Source of the DNA: an uncultured Bacilli bacterium
Lineage (GTDB): Bacteria; Bacillota_I; Bacilli_A; RF39; UBA660
DNA length: 61,170 bases
Assembly: GCA_947627995.1 (NCBI GenBank)
Contig: CANQYE010000001.1
Span: 74,889-136,058, forward strand
Direction of reading: 5' to 3'
Made by a program: the position numbers and the translations under genes. Under the pieces are notes generated by a model, which was not told the origin of the DNA, searched no databases, and was given only the letters and a program-made list of their open reading frames with translations. Below are positions 21,548 to 32,051 of the stretch, one piece after another. Numbering within the stretch: the first letter of the stretch is position 1; each line of letters opens with the position of its first letter.

Positions 21548-22411
21548 GTGAAAAAAAATGGATTTGTTTTTGTTGAAACTTTAGTAGTAGTAGCAATTGT
21601 TTCAGTTGCAATAATTTCTCTTTATATAATTTATATTAGAGTTTTAAGCGAGGAAAGAAGACGTAGTAATTACGATGAAACAGAGTATCAGTATTATGGA
21701 TATCATATAGCAAACTATTTAGAAGATATTAATTTAGCAAATTGTTATCGAGATTTTTCTAAAACAGTAAAATTTTTAACGATATATAAAGATAATAATA
21801 TACATGAATGTTTAACAGAGATTAATAATAAAAAAATAAATGGCGAAAATACTTATATTAGCGAGTTATCTGGAGTAATATTAAATAAAAAATTAACGGA
21901 TGATTCAGATAATGATACTAGTACATTAGATGAATATACTGCATATGTTAAAAGTAATGATCTAAATCCAACTATTAAAATAATTTCTCGATATAAAGAT
22001 GCTCTAATTGTTTGTATTCCTTATAATAATAATCAAGGAATTGTAAGCGATTCTAATATAAATAATTCTAATGGAGAAATTGAATGTAAATTTAATGATT
22101 ATTCAAAATTAAGAATAGAAATTAATGGCGATTATTCATTTTATTTAAACAAAGTTACAGATGACGAAAATGGGGATAGTCTAAGTTTTTTTAATAATCT
22201 AATTGAATCTACCGGTTTAAAAGAGATATACTTAACTGATTATAATGTTAATGATTTAAAAAAAAGTGATGCATTTGATACCTTCCCAGCTTTAACCGCT
22301 GAATATATAAAGACTATTAATGAAAAAAAAGATATCAGTGAAGTAGGGGATTTATATCGTCTGATTTTTCGATTTGAAAATGATAAATTTTCAAATGTAA
22401 AGGTAGTGTAG
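21548..22411 (+). CDS. Prepilin-type N-terminal cleavage/methylation domain protein (minor pilin)
   Basis: MKKNGFVFVETLVVVAIVSVAII matches the G-F-x-x-x-E class III signal. GTG start with an AGGTGA SD. Confidence 0.65.
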   Translation: MKKNGFVFVETLVVVAIVSVAIISLYIIYIRVLSEERRRSNYDETEYQYYGYHIANYLEDINLANCYRDFSKTVKFLTIYKDNNIHECLTEINNKKINGENTYISELSGVILNKKLTDDSDNDTSTLDEYTAYVKSNDLNPTIKIISRYKDALIVCIPYNNNQGIVSDSNINNSNGEIECKFNDYSKLRIEINGDYSFYLNKVTDDENGDSLSFFNNLIESTGLKEIYLTDYNVNDLKKSDAFDTFPALTAEYIKTINEKKDISEVGDLYRLIFRFENDKFSNVKVV

Positions 22412-22416
22412 AAATT

Positions 22417-23553
22417 ATGAAAAAATTAAATAATAAGGGAATAACTTTAGTAGAAATTATCGTCACAATTACTTTAATTTCTTTAATATCTTTGTTTTTA
22501 TTTAGAATACTTACTTCTGTAAAATCCGATGATGTTTTAGATAAAAATTATTCAAAATTAAACGTCATAAAAGCTGATATAATAAATGAGATACAAAAAG
22601 GTTTTAATGATGAAAGAATGAATTTTAATTTTATATCTTATACTATGACTGCCGGGATAAAACATTATTATGTGCAAACAGAGAATGTTATAAAAAATAT
22701 GCAAAATTTAATTTCAAGTATTAAATCTAAATATTATAATAAACTACCTGATGGTTATAATTTTGATCATATTACTAATGTCAATGATAAAGGGAATTTA
22801 ATTGAAATTAGTTTTAAAATTATGAAAAATGGGAAAGAATTTGATGAGATAAATACAATTTATTATTATAATGAAACAGAACTTCTTAACGAATTTAATA
22901 ATGGTGATGCAAATATTAATACTGCTCCTAGAATTAAAAATATAGATGGTACTACAAATAATATACTATACGATAATTTTCATGATGACCAATCAAAAAC
23001 AAATTTTGATATTTATGTATCCAGCGGATCATCTGGAATATATATTTATACTGATAATGATGTTGAATTGTTTAGTCAAAATAAAGTGGAAGAAACTAGT
23101 TATCCTTTGAATAAAAGATGGGGCTTACGTTATACTATACCTCAGACAATATCTCTTGCATTATCTAAAAATAATTGTGTGGCTATATATAAAATTAACA
23201 TTAAAGAAGCAATAAATGAGCAGATTGAAAAAATTACTAATAATACATTTACTCCAGAAACATATGTAGGAAAAGGAATTACTAATATAAACGCTAATAA
23301 TACAACCATCACAATTGATTATAAAGTTAGTAGTAGTGGTAATGGTTCTATATTTGTTTATCCTACATCAGGTTATTATGTAGGAGATGTAAAAGATAAT
23401 TATTATTCAACCCCTACTTGTAGTACAACAAACTTTAGCTCTATTGGAATATCAAATTGTTCACCAGGAAATAAAATTACCAAATATATTCCATATTGTA
23501 AAAAAGATAATTCTACTAAAGGATATTTTCAAGTTGTAATTAATTGTCAATAA
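22417..23553 (+). CDS. Prepilin-type N-terminal cleavage/methylation domain protein (large minor pilin)
   Basis: NNKGITLVEIIVTITLISLISLFLF class III signal. 378 aa with a Cys-containing C-terminus. Confidence 0.65.
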   Translation: MKKLNNKGITLVEIIVTITLISLISLFLFRILTSVKSDDVLDKNYSKLNVIKADIINEIQKGFNDERMNFNFISYTMTAGIKHYYVQTENVIKNMQNLISSIKSKYYNKLPDGYNFDHITNVNDKGNLIEISFKIMKNGKEFDEINTIYYYNETELLNEFNNGDANINTAPRIKNIDGTTNNILYDNFHDDQSKTNFDIYVSSGSSGIYIYTDNDVELFSQNKVEETSYPLNKRWGLRYTIPQTISLALSKNNCVAIYKINIKEAINEQIEKITNNTFTPETYVGKGITNINANNTTITIDYKVSSSGNGSIFVYPTSGYYVGDVKDNYYSTPTCSTTNFSSIGISNCSPGNKITKYIPYCKKDNSTKGYFQVVINCQ

Positions 23554-24503
23554 AATAAAAAATATAATACTATAAACAATATCATAGAAATAAAGGCATG
23601 AATTATTCTAGCTATAAAAAAGTATTTATATGAAATAGAAGTATCAGCTATGATACTTTTTATTTGGGTATGAACGGATAAGCTGCCAAAAGATAAAAAA
23701 CAAATCATTAATATACCTTTGATTAGCATAGAAATATTATAGTTTATAAGCATATTTAAACCATTAGAAAATTCTATCAAACCACATATAATTACTTTAA
23801 TAAAATACGGTATATTTATATTTTTAATTAGAGAGATTATAATAGTAAATGTTATTATTGTCCCTAATATTAAAAGCATACTATTTATAGCATTATTTAT
23901 AGCTTTTACAAAGCACGGAAAAAACTTTTGTTTATTCTTATTAATAGTTTTGATCATTTCGTTAAAGCTTTTTTTATTTGTTATAGAACTATTTTTATTA
24001 AAATTTCGAAAAATTAATCCTATTATAATATTTGTAAAATAATGAATGCATAGTATTAATAATATTATTAACCAGTTATTTTCAAAAATATAATAACCCA
24101 TACTAATTATGAAAACTGGATTGGCAAAAAAGCTAAACATAATTATTTTATTTGCATCTTTAGTATTTATTAATTTTTTTTCTAATAATTCTTTAGTATA
24201 TATGGCATTTGATGGTGTTCCAGTTATCATTGACATAATAAAAATAAAACAAGCATTTTCATTTGTTTTAAATAAAATTTTAAAAATTTTATTTAAATAG
24301 AAAGCAAGAAATTCAACAAATCCATAGTTTATTAATAATGATGATATAATAAAAAATGGAAATAATGAAGGAAAAACTTTTGTTAAAAATAATTGGAAAC
24401 CAAAAACAATATTATTACTAATTAGATTATTGTTTATAATAAGCAAGATAATTAAAAAAATAAAAATAATAATTTTGATAAAAGCTAGTAAATTATTTTT
24501 CAT
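23547..24503 (-). CDS. YlbJ-like sporulation integral membrane protein (nucleoside-recognition/Gate-domain family)
   Basis: 318-aa polytopic membrane protein, divergent from a ylbL-like gene as in the Bacillus ylb region. Confidence 0.5.
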   Translation of the reverse strand: MKNNLLAFIKIIIFIFLIILLIINNNLISNNIVFGFQLFLTKVFPSLFPFFIISSLLINYGFVEFLAFYLNKIFKILFKTNENACFIFIMSMITGTPSNAIYTKELLEKKLINTKDANKIIMFSFFANPVFIISMGYYIFENNWLIILLILCIHYFTNIIIGLIFRNFNKNSSITNKKSFNEMIKTINKNKQKFFPCFVKAINNAINSMLLILGTIITFTIIISLIKNINIPYFIKVIICGLIEFSNGLNMLINYNISMLIKGILMICFLSFGSLSVHTQIKSIIADTSISYKYFFIARIIHAFISMILFIVLYFLFY

Positions 24504-24542
24504 AATTTCTCCATTATTTGTTATAATTATATTGGTGATAAT

Positions 24543-25553
24543 ATGTTTAATAAATTATATGAAAAACTAAAACGATTTTTGCAAATTAATTGGAAATTCA
24601 TTTTATCTATAATTATAATTTTTGGTTTATTTTATATAGATTTACCATATGTCATTTATGCTCCTGGTGGAACTATTGATTTAGAAAATAGGGTAAGTAT
24701 TAATAATGAGAAAACTTCTTCTGGCAAATTATCTATGGCTTATGTCAAAATGATAAAAGGCAATTTACCATTTTTAGCAGCATCATATATTATTAAGGAT
24801 TGGGATTTAATAAAAAGGTCTGAAATAACTATGGATAATGAAAGTGTAGATAATATGATTAAAAGAGATCATTTATATTTATTAGAATCTTTATCTAATG
24901 CAACTATTGTTGCTTATCGTAAGGCTGAAAAAGATATAAAAATTAAAAAGAAAAATTTTAATGTAATTTATATTGATGAAAAAAGCGAAACTTCTTTACA
25001 ATTATATGATAAATTAATTAGTGTAGATGATACTATGATTACTTCTCTTGAAGAATATAAAAATATAGTGAATTCTCATGAAGTTGGTGATACGCTTAAT
25101 CTAAAAGTAATTAGAGATAACAAAGAAAAAAATGTAACTATCAAAGTTTATGAGAACAATAATGAGAAATTAACAGGGTTAGCTATTTTAACAACTTATG
25201 ATTTAGAAACTAATCCAAAAATAGAAATTAAAAGTAAACAAAATGAATCTGGTTCTTCAGGCGGATTAATGCTTGCTTTAAGTATTTATAATAAACTAAC
25301 TGAAAAAGATATTACTAAAGGGAAAAATATTGTTGGAACTGGAACAATTAATGAAAACGGTCAGGTCGGAGAAATAGATGGAGTTAAATATAAACTTTTA
25401 GGAGCGAATAAAAATAATGCAGATGTATTTTTATGTCCTAAAGAAAATTATAAAGAAGCTAAAAAAATTGTGAATAAATATAAATTGAAAATAAAATTAA
25501 AATCAGTATCTACATTTGATGAAGCAATTAACTATTTAAATAGTTTAAAATAA
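24543..25553 (+). CDS. YlbL/SepM-type PDZ plus Lon-C (S16) peptidase
   Basis: N-terminal TM, a PDZ-like segment (DKLISVDD...GDTLNLKV), and GSSGGLMLALSIYNKL with GVKYKLLGA, the Lon-type Ser/Lys region. Confidence 0.75.
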   Translation: MFNKLYEKLKRFLQINWKFILSIIIIFGLFYIDLPYVIYAPGGTIDLENRVSINNEKTSSGKLSMAYVKMIKGNLPFLAASYIIKDWDLIKRSEITMDNESVDNMIKRDHLYLLESLSNATIVAYRKAEKDIKIKKKNFNVIYIDEKSETSLQLYDKLISVDDTMITSLEEYKNIVNSHEVGDTLNLKVIRDNKEKNVTIKVYENNNEKLTGLAILTTYDLETNPKIEIKSKQNESGSSGGLMLALSIYNKLTEKDITKGKNIVGTGTINENGQVGEIDGVKYKLLGANKNNADVFLCPKENYKEAKKIVNKYKLKIKLKSVSTFDEAINYLNSLK

Positions 25554-25603
25554 TTGTTTCTTTTTTTTATAATTTATACATGTTATAATAAAGATGATGT
25601 AAT

Positions 25604-28156
25604 ATGAAAAGAAACGAAGTAAATAAAGAAAAATTAAGTCCAATGATGAAACAATATATGGAAATAAAAGATAATTATGAAGATGAGCTTTTATTTTTTC
25701 GATTAGGAGATTTTTATGAGCTTTTTTTTGAAGATGGAGAAATTGCTTCAAGGGAATTAGAACTAACATTAACTGGTAAAAATGCCGGTTTAGATGAAAG
25801 AATACCAATGTGTGGAGTTCCTCATCATTCAGTAAAACCATATCTTGAAGCGTTAGTAAATAAAGGATATAAAGTTGCAATAGCTGAACAACTGGAGGAT
25901 CCTAAGAATGCAAAAGGCACAGTAAAACGAGGAGTTGTTTCGGTTGTAAGTAAAGCTACTTTAGTAGATTTAGATTTTTTAAAAAGCTATGATTCAAATT
26001 ATATTGCTAGTTTATTAGTTTTTAACGATTCATATTTACTTACATATAGCGATATTTCAACGGGTAATATTTTTATTCAAACTATTGCTAAAGAAAATGA
26101 AAAGCTTTTTAATGAATTGTTAAGGTTATCAATTAAAGAGATTGTTGTTAATAGTGATTTTGATTTAGAAACTTTAAATATTATTGAAAATCAATATGGA
26201 ATTTGTATCTCTAATAATGATGATTTTTTAGAAAATGAATATGAATATTTATATAATAATCTAGTTAATTTAAGATATAAACAAGGTGTTAAGCATTTAT
26301 TATACTATTTAGTTAAAAAACAATTAAAAGATTTATCACATATTAAAAATGTTGAAGTTATTGATAATAATGAATATTTAAATATGGATATCCATACTAT
26401 TAGAAATTTAGAATTATTTGAAACTCTAAGACTAAAAGAAAGAAACAATTCATTAATTTCTTTAATTGATAAAACAAAAACAGCGATGGGAAGTAGAAAA
26501 CTAAAAAATTGGATGTTAAATCCTTTATTGGATATAAAACGAATCAACTTTAGATATGACTTAATTGAAAAAATAAATAATGAATTTATTTTGAGAGAAA
26601 AATTACAAAATGCTTTATATGAAGTTTATGATTTAGAAAGACTTTGTGGTAAAGTTAGCTGTGGTTCTTTAACGGCTCGTGATTTATTGCAAATAAAAAA
26701 GTCATTAGCTGTAATTCCTGAAATAAAAAATATAGTAGATAAATTAGATATTGGTATGAAAATCGATACTCATGAAGAATTATATAAATTACTTTGTGAT
26801 GCTTTATATGAAAATCCACCATTATCATTAAAGGAAGGATTTTTAATCAAAGAAGGATATAATAAAGAATTGGATGAATTGAAATCAATTCGTTCTGGTG
26901 GCAAAGAGTTTATTTCTTCTTTAGAAGCAAGTGAAAAAGAGAAAACAGGTATTAAAACCTTAAAAGTCGGCTATAATAAAGTTTTTGGCTATTATATTGA
27001 AGTATCTAAGGGCCAAACAAAGTTAGTTAATCCACAATGGGGATGGGAACGCCGTCAGACATTAGCTGATAAAGAAAGATACATAACTCCTATTTTAAAG
27101 GAAAAAGAAGCTTTAGTTTTAAATTCTGAAGAAAAAATAATTGAGCTTGAATATAATATGTTTTTAGAAATAAAAGAAAAAGTAAAAACTTTTATTTCTT
27201 CACTTCAAGTTTTATCTGATTCGATAAGTGAACTTGATGCTATACTATCATTAGCGATAGTTAGTGAAGAATATGGTTTTGTAAGACCAAAAATCAACAC
27301 AAAACAAAATATTTGTATTAGAAAAGCTTTTCATCCAGTTGTAAAAAAAGTAAATAAAAATGAATATGTTGCTAATGATTGTATTATGGATAGTAATACA
27401 AGTACATTATTAATTACTGGACCAAATATGGCTGGTAAATCAACTTATATGCGACAATTAGCGGTAATTATTATACTTGCTCAAATGGGTTCATTTGTAC
27501 CTTGTGAGTCATGTGATATTCCTATTTTTGATAAAATTTTTACGAGAATTGGTGCAAGTGATGATTTAGTTGGGGGTGAATCTACATTTATGGTTGAAAT
27601 GCTGGAAGCAAAAAATGCAATCATTAACTCAACTGCTAATAGTTTAATATTATTCGATGAATTAGGAAGAGGAACTTCGACATATGATGGTATGGCATTG
27701 GCTTTTTCAATTTTAGAATTTGTAAGTCAAAAAATAAAATGTAAAGTTTTATTTTCTACTCATTATCATGAGCTCACAAAACTTACTGAAAAATATGAAA
27801 ATATAAAAAATATTCATGTTTCTGCAATTGAAAAAGACGATAATATAACTTTTTTACATAAAGTAGAAGATGGACCTACAGATAAAAGTTATGGGATAAG
27901 TGTTGCAAATCTTGCAGGAATGCCTTCTATTATTATTAAAAGAGCCAAAGAAATTCTTACTAATTATGAAAATAAATCAAATAATAAAAATAATTATATA
28001 GAATATACTTTACCATTAAATGATAATAATAATAATAATGTTTATCAAGAATTAAATGAATATTTAAATAAAATTGATGTTTTAAATATAACGCCAATAG
28101 AAGCATTAAATGAATTATATAAAATTAAAGAAATGAGTGATCGAATTGAAAAATAG
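25604..28156 (+). CDS. mutS: DNA mismatch repair protein MutS
   Basis: MMKQYMEIK N-terminus, GPNMAGKSTYMRQ Walker A and STFMVEM. 850 aa. Confidence 0.97.
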   Translation: MKRNEVNKEKLSPMMKQYMEIKDNYEDELLFFRLGDFYELFFEDGEIASRELELTLTGKNAGLDERIPMCGVPHHSVKPYLEALVNKGYKVAIAEQLEDPKNAKGTVKRGVVSVVSKATLVDLDFLKSYDSNYIASLLVFNDSYLLTYSDISTGNIFIQTIAKENEKLFNELLRLSIKEIVVNSDFDLETLNIIENQYGICISNNDDFLENEYEYLYNNLVNLRYKQGVKHLLYYLVKKQLKDLSHIKNVEVIDNNEYLNMDIHTIRNLELFETLRLKERNNSLISLIDKTKTAMGSRKLKNWMLNPLLDIKRINFRYDLIEKINNEFILREKLQNALYEVYDLERLCGKVSCGSLTARDLLQIKKSLAVIPEIKNIVDKLDIGMKIDTHEELYKLLCDALYENPPLSLKEGFLIKEGYNKELDELKSIRSGGKEFISSLEASEKEKTGIKTLKVGYNKVFGYYIEVSKGQTKLVNPQWGWERRQTLADKERYITPILKEKEALVLNSEEKIIELEYNMFLEIKEKVKTFISSLQVLSDSISELDAILSLAIVSEEYGFVRPKINTKQNICIRKAFHPVVKKVNKNEYVANDCIMDSNTSTLLITGPNMAGKSTYMRQLAVIIILAQMGSFVPCESCDIPIFDKIFTRIGASDDLVGGESTFMVEMLEAKNAIINSTANSLILFDELGRGTSTYDGMALAFSILEFVSQKIKCKVLFSTHYHELTKLTEKYENIKNIHVSAIEKDDNITFLHKVEDGPTDKSYGISVANLAGMPSIIIKRAKEILTNYENKSNNKNNYIEYTLPLNDNNNNNVYQELNEYLNKIDVLNITPIEALNELYKIKEMSDRIEK

Positions 28157-28463
28157 TATTTTTTTACCTAAAAGTATATTTGGTAAAAATCTACCATGTG
28201 ATATGACCAAAAAAGCTAAAAAGATAAGAATTAAATATTATATTATTGAATCAATTTTCTTTGGTGTGTTAATTAGTGTTATAGATATTGTTGTTTTAAT
28301 CATTAAAAAACTTATTGATACAATAACTATTTTTAAAAGCAATATATTAAATGTTATTTTTACTTGTTTAACAACTTTTATATTATCATTTTTAATCTCA
28401 TACATTTTTAATTATGTATTAAGCGAAAGAAAAATAAAAAAATATCATAATCTGATTCAATGA
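28137..28463 (+). CDS. Small membrane protein, function unknown
   Basis: 108 aa with two hydrophobic helices. Overlaps the mutS 3' end by 20 nt. Confidence 0.35.
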   Translation: MIELKNSIFLPKSIFGKNLPCDMTKKAKKIRIKYYIIESIFFGVLISVIDIVVLIIKKLIDTITIFKSNILNVIFTCLTTFILSFLISYIFNYVLSERKIKKYHNLIQ

Positions 28464-28519
28464 AAAATAAAGAGGTGGACCATCACTTTTTTTTTTGCTA
28501 TAATTATATTGGTGAGATT

Positions 28520-28921
28520 ATGAGTAAGAATCGTAGTAAATTAAGAGAAAAAATAATGATTATTTTATATCAAAATGAAATTTTAGCTAAAACTGATAAA
28601 CAAATAGATATTAATAAAATTATTAAGGATAATGTAGAAATAGATTCTGAATTTGTTAAAGATATTGTTTATGGTGTCATAACACATAAAGAGGAAATTG
28701 ATGGAATAGCTAATGAGAAATTAGTAGATTGGAAAATTAATCGAATTGATTTAACTGGGGCATCAATTTTAAGAATGGCAATTTTTGAATTATTATATAC
28801 TGATACACCAGATATTGTAGTAATAAATGAAGCTGTAGAGCTTGCTAAAAAATATAGTGATGATGCTGTTTTTAAAATAATAAATGCAGTTTTGGATAAA
28901 TTAATAAATGATGAAAAATAG
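28520..28921 (+). CDS. nusB: Transcription antitermination factor NusB
   Basis: Begins MSKNRSKLREKIMIILYQ with a GGTGAG SD upstream, and carries an ILRMAIFELLY motif. The track ORF begins 60 nt earlier, which is implausible. Confidence 0.9.
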   Translation: MSKNRSKLREKIMIILYQNEILAKTDKQIDINKIIKDNVEIDSEFVKDIVYGVITHKEEIDGIANEKLVDWKINRIDLTGASILRMAIFELLYTDTPDIVVINEAVELAKKYSDDAVFKIINAVLDKLINDEK

Positions 28922-28923
28922 GT

Positions 28924-30141
28924 TTGATTATGAATAATAAATATATAAATATAAGTGACTTAACAAAATATTTGAAAACTAAATTTGATAGTGATGATAA
29001 GCTTCAAAAAGTATTTTTAAAAGGAGAAATTTCTAATTTTAAAGCTCATTCTAGGGGACATTTTTATTTTTCATTAAAGGATGAAAATTCTAAAATAAAT
29101 GCTATAATGTTTTCTTTTAACGCTAAGAATTTAAAATTTATTCCTATGGATGGTATGAACGTATTAGTTACAGGTAAAATAAGTATTTATGAAGCGACTG
29201 GAAATTATCAAATATATGTGGATACTATGGAAGATGATGGATTAGGAAATCTTTATAAAAAGTTTGAGTTATTAAAAGAAGAACTTTCTAAAGCTGGCCT
29301 TTTTGATCCTTCTCATAAACAAAAAATACCAAAAATTCCTAAAACAATAGGTATTGTTACAGCTCCAACTGGTGCGGCGATTAGAGATATTATTTCTACA
29401 TTAAATAGAAGATGGCCGAGTGTTAAAACAATATTATTTCCAGCATTAGTACAAGGAGATAATGCAGCCTCTAGTATAGCTCACCAAATTGAAATAGCTA
29501 ATACTTATGATATTGACATCCTTATAGTTGGAAGAGGCGGCGGATCAATCGAAGATTTATGGGCTTTTAATGAAAAAGAAGTGGCTTATGCAATATTTAA
29601 TTCTAAAGTACCAATTATTAGTGCTGTTGGTCACGAAATAGATTTTACGATAGCGGATTTTGTTGCTGATTTAAGAGCACCAACTCCTACAGGAGCTGCT
29701 GAATTATCGGTTCCTAATATAGATGATTTTAGAAATTATTGTAAACAAATAAATATTAGATTAAAAAAGTCTTTAGAGTATATAATTCAAAAAAATAAAA
29801 AAAGATTAGATTTTTTAAAAAATAGTTATGTATTAAAAAATCCTTTAGCTTTATATGAAATTAAAGAACAAAAATTATCTAGTTTAATAGATCGATTAAC
29901 TTTGATTATGCAAAATAAACTGCAAAAAGAAAAACATAATTTTGATATTATATTAAATAAATTAGAACTTTTAAATCCGTTAAATTTGTTAAAAAAAGGT
30001 TTTAGTGTTGTCGAAAAAGATAACGAACTTGTAAAAACAGTTGATACAATATCAAGAGGAGATTTAATAAATATTAAATTTTGCAATGGATTAATTAAAG
30101 CGGAAGTGTTGGAGGTAGAAAAAAATGAAAGAAACAAATAA
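28924..30141 (+). CDS. xseA: Exodeoxyribonuclease VII large subunit
   Basis: OB-fold N-terminus, GRGGGSIEDLWAFNEKE and a coiled-coil C-terminus. Confidence 0.93.
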   Translation: MIMNNKYINISDLTKYLKTKFDSDDKLQKVFLKGEISNFKAHSRGHFYFSLKDENSKINAIMFSFNAKNLKFIPMDGMNVLVTGKISIYEATGNYQIYVDTMEDDGLGNLYKKFELLKEELSKAGLFDPSHKQKIPKIPKTIGIVTAPTGAAIRDIISTLNRRWPSVKTILFPALVQGDNAASSIAHQIEIANTYDIDILIVGRGGGSIEDLWAFNEKEVAYAIFNSKVPIISAVGHEIDFTIADFVADLRAPTPTGAAELSVPNIDDFRNYCKQINIRLKKSLEYIIQKNKKRLDFLKNSYVLKNPLALYEIKEQKLSSLIDRLTLIMQNKLQKEKHNFDIILNKLELLNPLNLLKKGFSVVEKDNELVKTVDTISRGDLINIKFCNGLIKAEVLEVEKNERNK

Positions 30142-30355
30142 TTTCGAATTACAAATAAAAGAACTTGAAAAAATTGTTAATGATTTAGAAAATGGTGAGG
30201 TTAATTTAGATGATGCTATTGAAAAATTTAGTAAAGCAATGAATTTAGCAAAATCACTAGGAGAAAAACTTAATCAAGCATCTGATAAGGTTAATAAAAT
30301 ATTAGCAGAAAATGGTAATTTGGAAGATTTTACTATTGAAAATGACAACCAATAA
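30125..30355 (+). CDS. xseB: Exodeoxyribonuclease VII small subunit
   Basis: 76 aa with the FELQIKELEKIVNDLENGEVNLDDAIEKFSKAMNL pattern. Overlaps xseA. Confidence 0.85.
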   Translation: MKETNNFELQIKELEKIVNDLENGEVNLDDAIEKFSKAMNLAKSLGEKLNQASDKVNKILAENGNLEDFTIENDNQ

Positions 30356-30409
30356 TTGTCTTTTTTTTTATGGTAATAAAGGGCATAATAAATATATGAG
30401 GGTGATAAA

Positions 30410-31393
30410 ATGAAAAAATTATATTCGCAAATTATGCTAATTATTTTAACATTTTTAATTTTTCCATTTTCTGTTTTTGCATATTCAAATAGGATAATTC
30501 CAGGTGGAGAAAATCTTGGTATTGAAATTAATTCCAAAGGTGTTATGGTAGTAGGATTTTACAAAATAAATAATAAATTAAATAAAGGTACGCCTGCTTT
30601 AAAAGTTGGGGATGTGATAACTTATGTTGGTGAAAATAAAATTTCTTCTATTGATGAACTAGTTGAAAACATGGATGTTAATATTAAAAATAACCAAGTT
30701 AAATTAAAATTTATTCGAGACGATAAAGAAAAAGAAACGATATTAACTTTAAAAAAAATAGATGGAGTTTATAAAACTGGATTATATGTTAAAGATAGCT
30801 TAACTGGAATAGGAACACTTACGTATATTGATCCTACAACTAATATATATGGAGCTCTAGGACATGAAATTGTTGAATCAAATACGAATAAATTAATTGA
30901 AATAAAAACTGGTATCATTTTTAAAAGTTCTATTACCAGTATTCAGAAAAGTGAATATGGTTCTCCTGGAGGAAAAAAAGCAAAATTTTTCTATGATACT
31001 AAATATGGAAATATATTAAAAAATACTAAATATGGTATATATGGCACTTATGATGAAAGTTTACCAAATAAAGATTGGATAGAAGTATCAAGACCAGATG
31101 AAATAAAATTAGGAAAAGCTAATATTTATACAGTTTTAAAGGACGAAGAAGTTGGCAAATATGAAATTAATATTACTAAAATTAATAATGATAATAAAAT
31201 AAAAAATATTTATTTTGAAATAGTAGACAAAGAACTTTTAGAAAAAACAGGTGGTATTGTTCAAGGAATGAGCGGCAGTCCAATTATTCAAAATAATAAG
31301 ATAATTGGAGCAGTAACGCATGTAATTGTAGATAATCCCACTAGTGGGTATGGAATATTTATTACTACAATGTTAGAAGAAGGAGAAAATTGA
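30410..31393 (+). CDS. spoIVB: SpoIVB peptidase (S55) with PDZ domain
   Basis: Signal/TM segment, PDZ (LKVGDVITYVGENKISSIDELV), and the QGMSGSPIIQNNKIIGAVTHV catalytic Ser region. Confidence 0.85.
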   Translation: MKKLYSQIMLIILTFLIFPFSVFAYSNRIIPGGENLGIEINSKGVMVVGFYKINNKLNKGTPALKVGDVITYVGENKISSIDELVENMDVNIKNNQVKLKFIRDDKEKETILTLKKIDGVYKTGLYVKDSLTGIGTLTYIDPTTNIYGALGHEIVESNTNKLIEIKTGIIFKSSITSIQKSEYGSPGGKKAKFFYDTKYGNILKNTKYGIYGTYDESLPNKDWIEVSRPDEIKLGKANIYTVLKDEEVGKYEINITKINNDNKIKNIYFEIVDKELLEKTGGIVQGMSGSPIIQNNKIIGAVTHVIVDNPTSGYGIFITTMLEEGEN

Positions 31394-31461
31394 AAATACA
31401 ATATTTCTTTTTATTTGTTTGACATATATTAATATTATAGTACAAAAGAAAAGGTGATATT

Positions 31462-32013
31462 GTGTATGATGTTTTAATTAATAAAAATAATAAATTACCG
31501 GAAAATATCAATTTTGAAATAGTCAAGACTGATTCTAAATATGCTTTAGATATTTATGCTGAAAAAAATACATTTAAAAATTTTAAAAAATTACAAACTT
31601 ACATATTTGAAAAATATGGTTTTGTAATAGATATTGAAAGTGGATATCGTAGTATAGAAAAACAAGAAAAATTATTTAATGAAATTTGCTTGCAAAAGGG
31701 ATTAAAGCATACGCTTAAATACGTAGCAAAGCCGGGATATTCAGAACATAATAGTGGTTTGGCTATAGATATTACTTTATTTGATAATGGAAGATTTTTA
31801 GTAGATTTTGAGTTTTCTAGTCATGAAATAATAAATATAATTGAAAAAAATGCTCATAAATTTGGCTTTATTATTAGGTATCCTAAAAATAAAGAATACA
31901 TAACTGGATATGGTTATGAGCCATGGCATTTAAGATATGTTGGCAAAAAAATTGCTAAATATATTTATAACCATAATATAACATTAGAAGAGTATAAAAT
32001 TCTAACTATCTAG
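31462..32013 (+). CDS. VanY-type D-alanyl-D-alanine carboxypeptidase (M15B)
   Basis: SGYRS, SEHNSGLAIDI and EPWHLRYVG zinc-peptidase motifs. GTG start with an AAGGTGA SD. Confidence 0.8.
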   Translation: MYDVLINKNNKLPENINFEIVKTDSKYALDIYAEKNTFKNFKKLQTYIFEKYGFVIDIESGYRSIEKQEKLFNEICLQKGLKHTLKYVAKPGYSEHNSGLAIDITLFDNGRFLVDFEFSSHEIINIIEKNAHKFGFIIRYPKNKEYITGYGYEPWHLRYVGKKIAKYIYNHNITLEEYKILTI

Positions 32014-32051
32014 AATTTTTTTAATTTGTTATAATAATTTTGGTGAATGTT

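Noticed and set aside
27990-28050. Asn-rich low-complexity run (NKSNNKNNY...NDNNNNNV) near the MutS C-terminus, considered as a possible repeat or insertion.
   Set aside because: Short poly-Asn tracts recur in several proteins of this window and are a normal consequence of AAT-rich codon bias. There is no evidence of a mobile insertion or frameshift.
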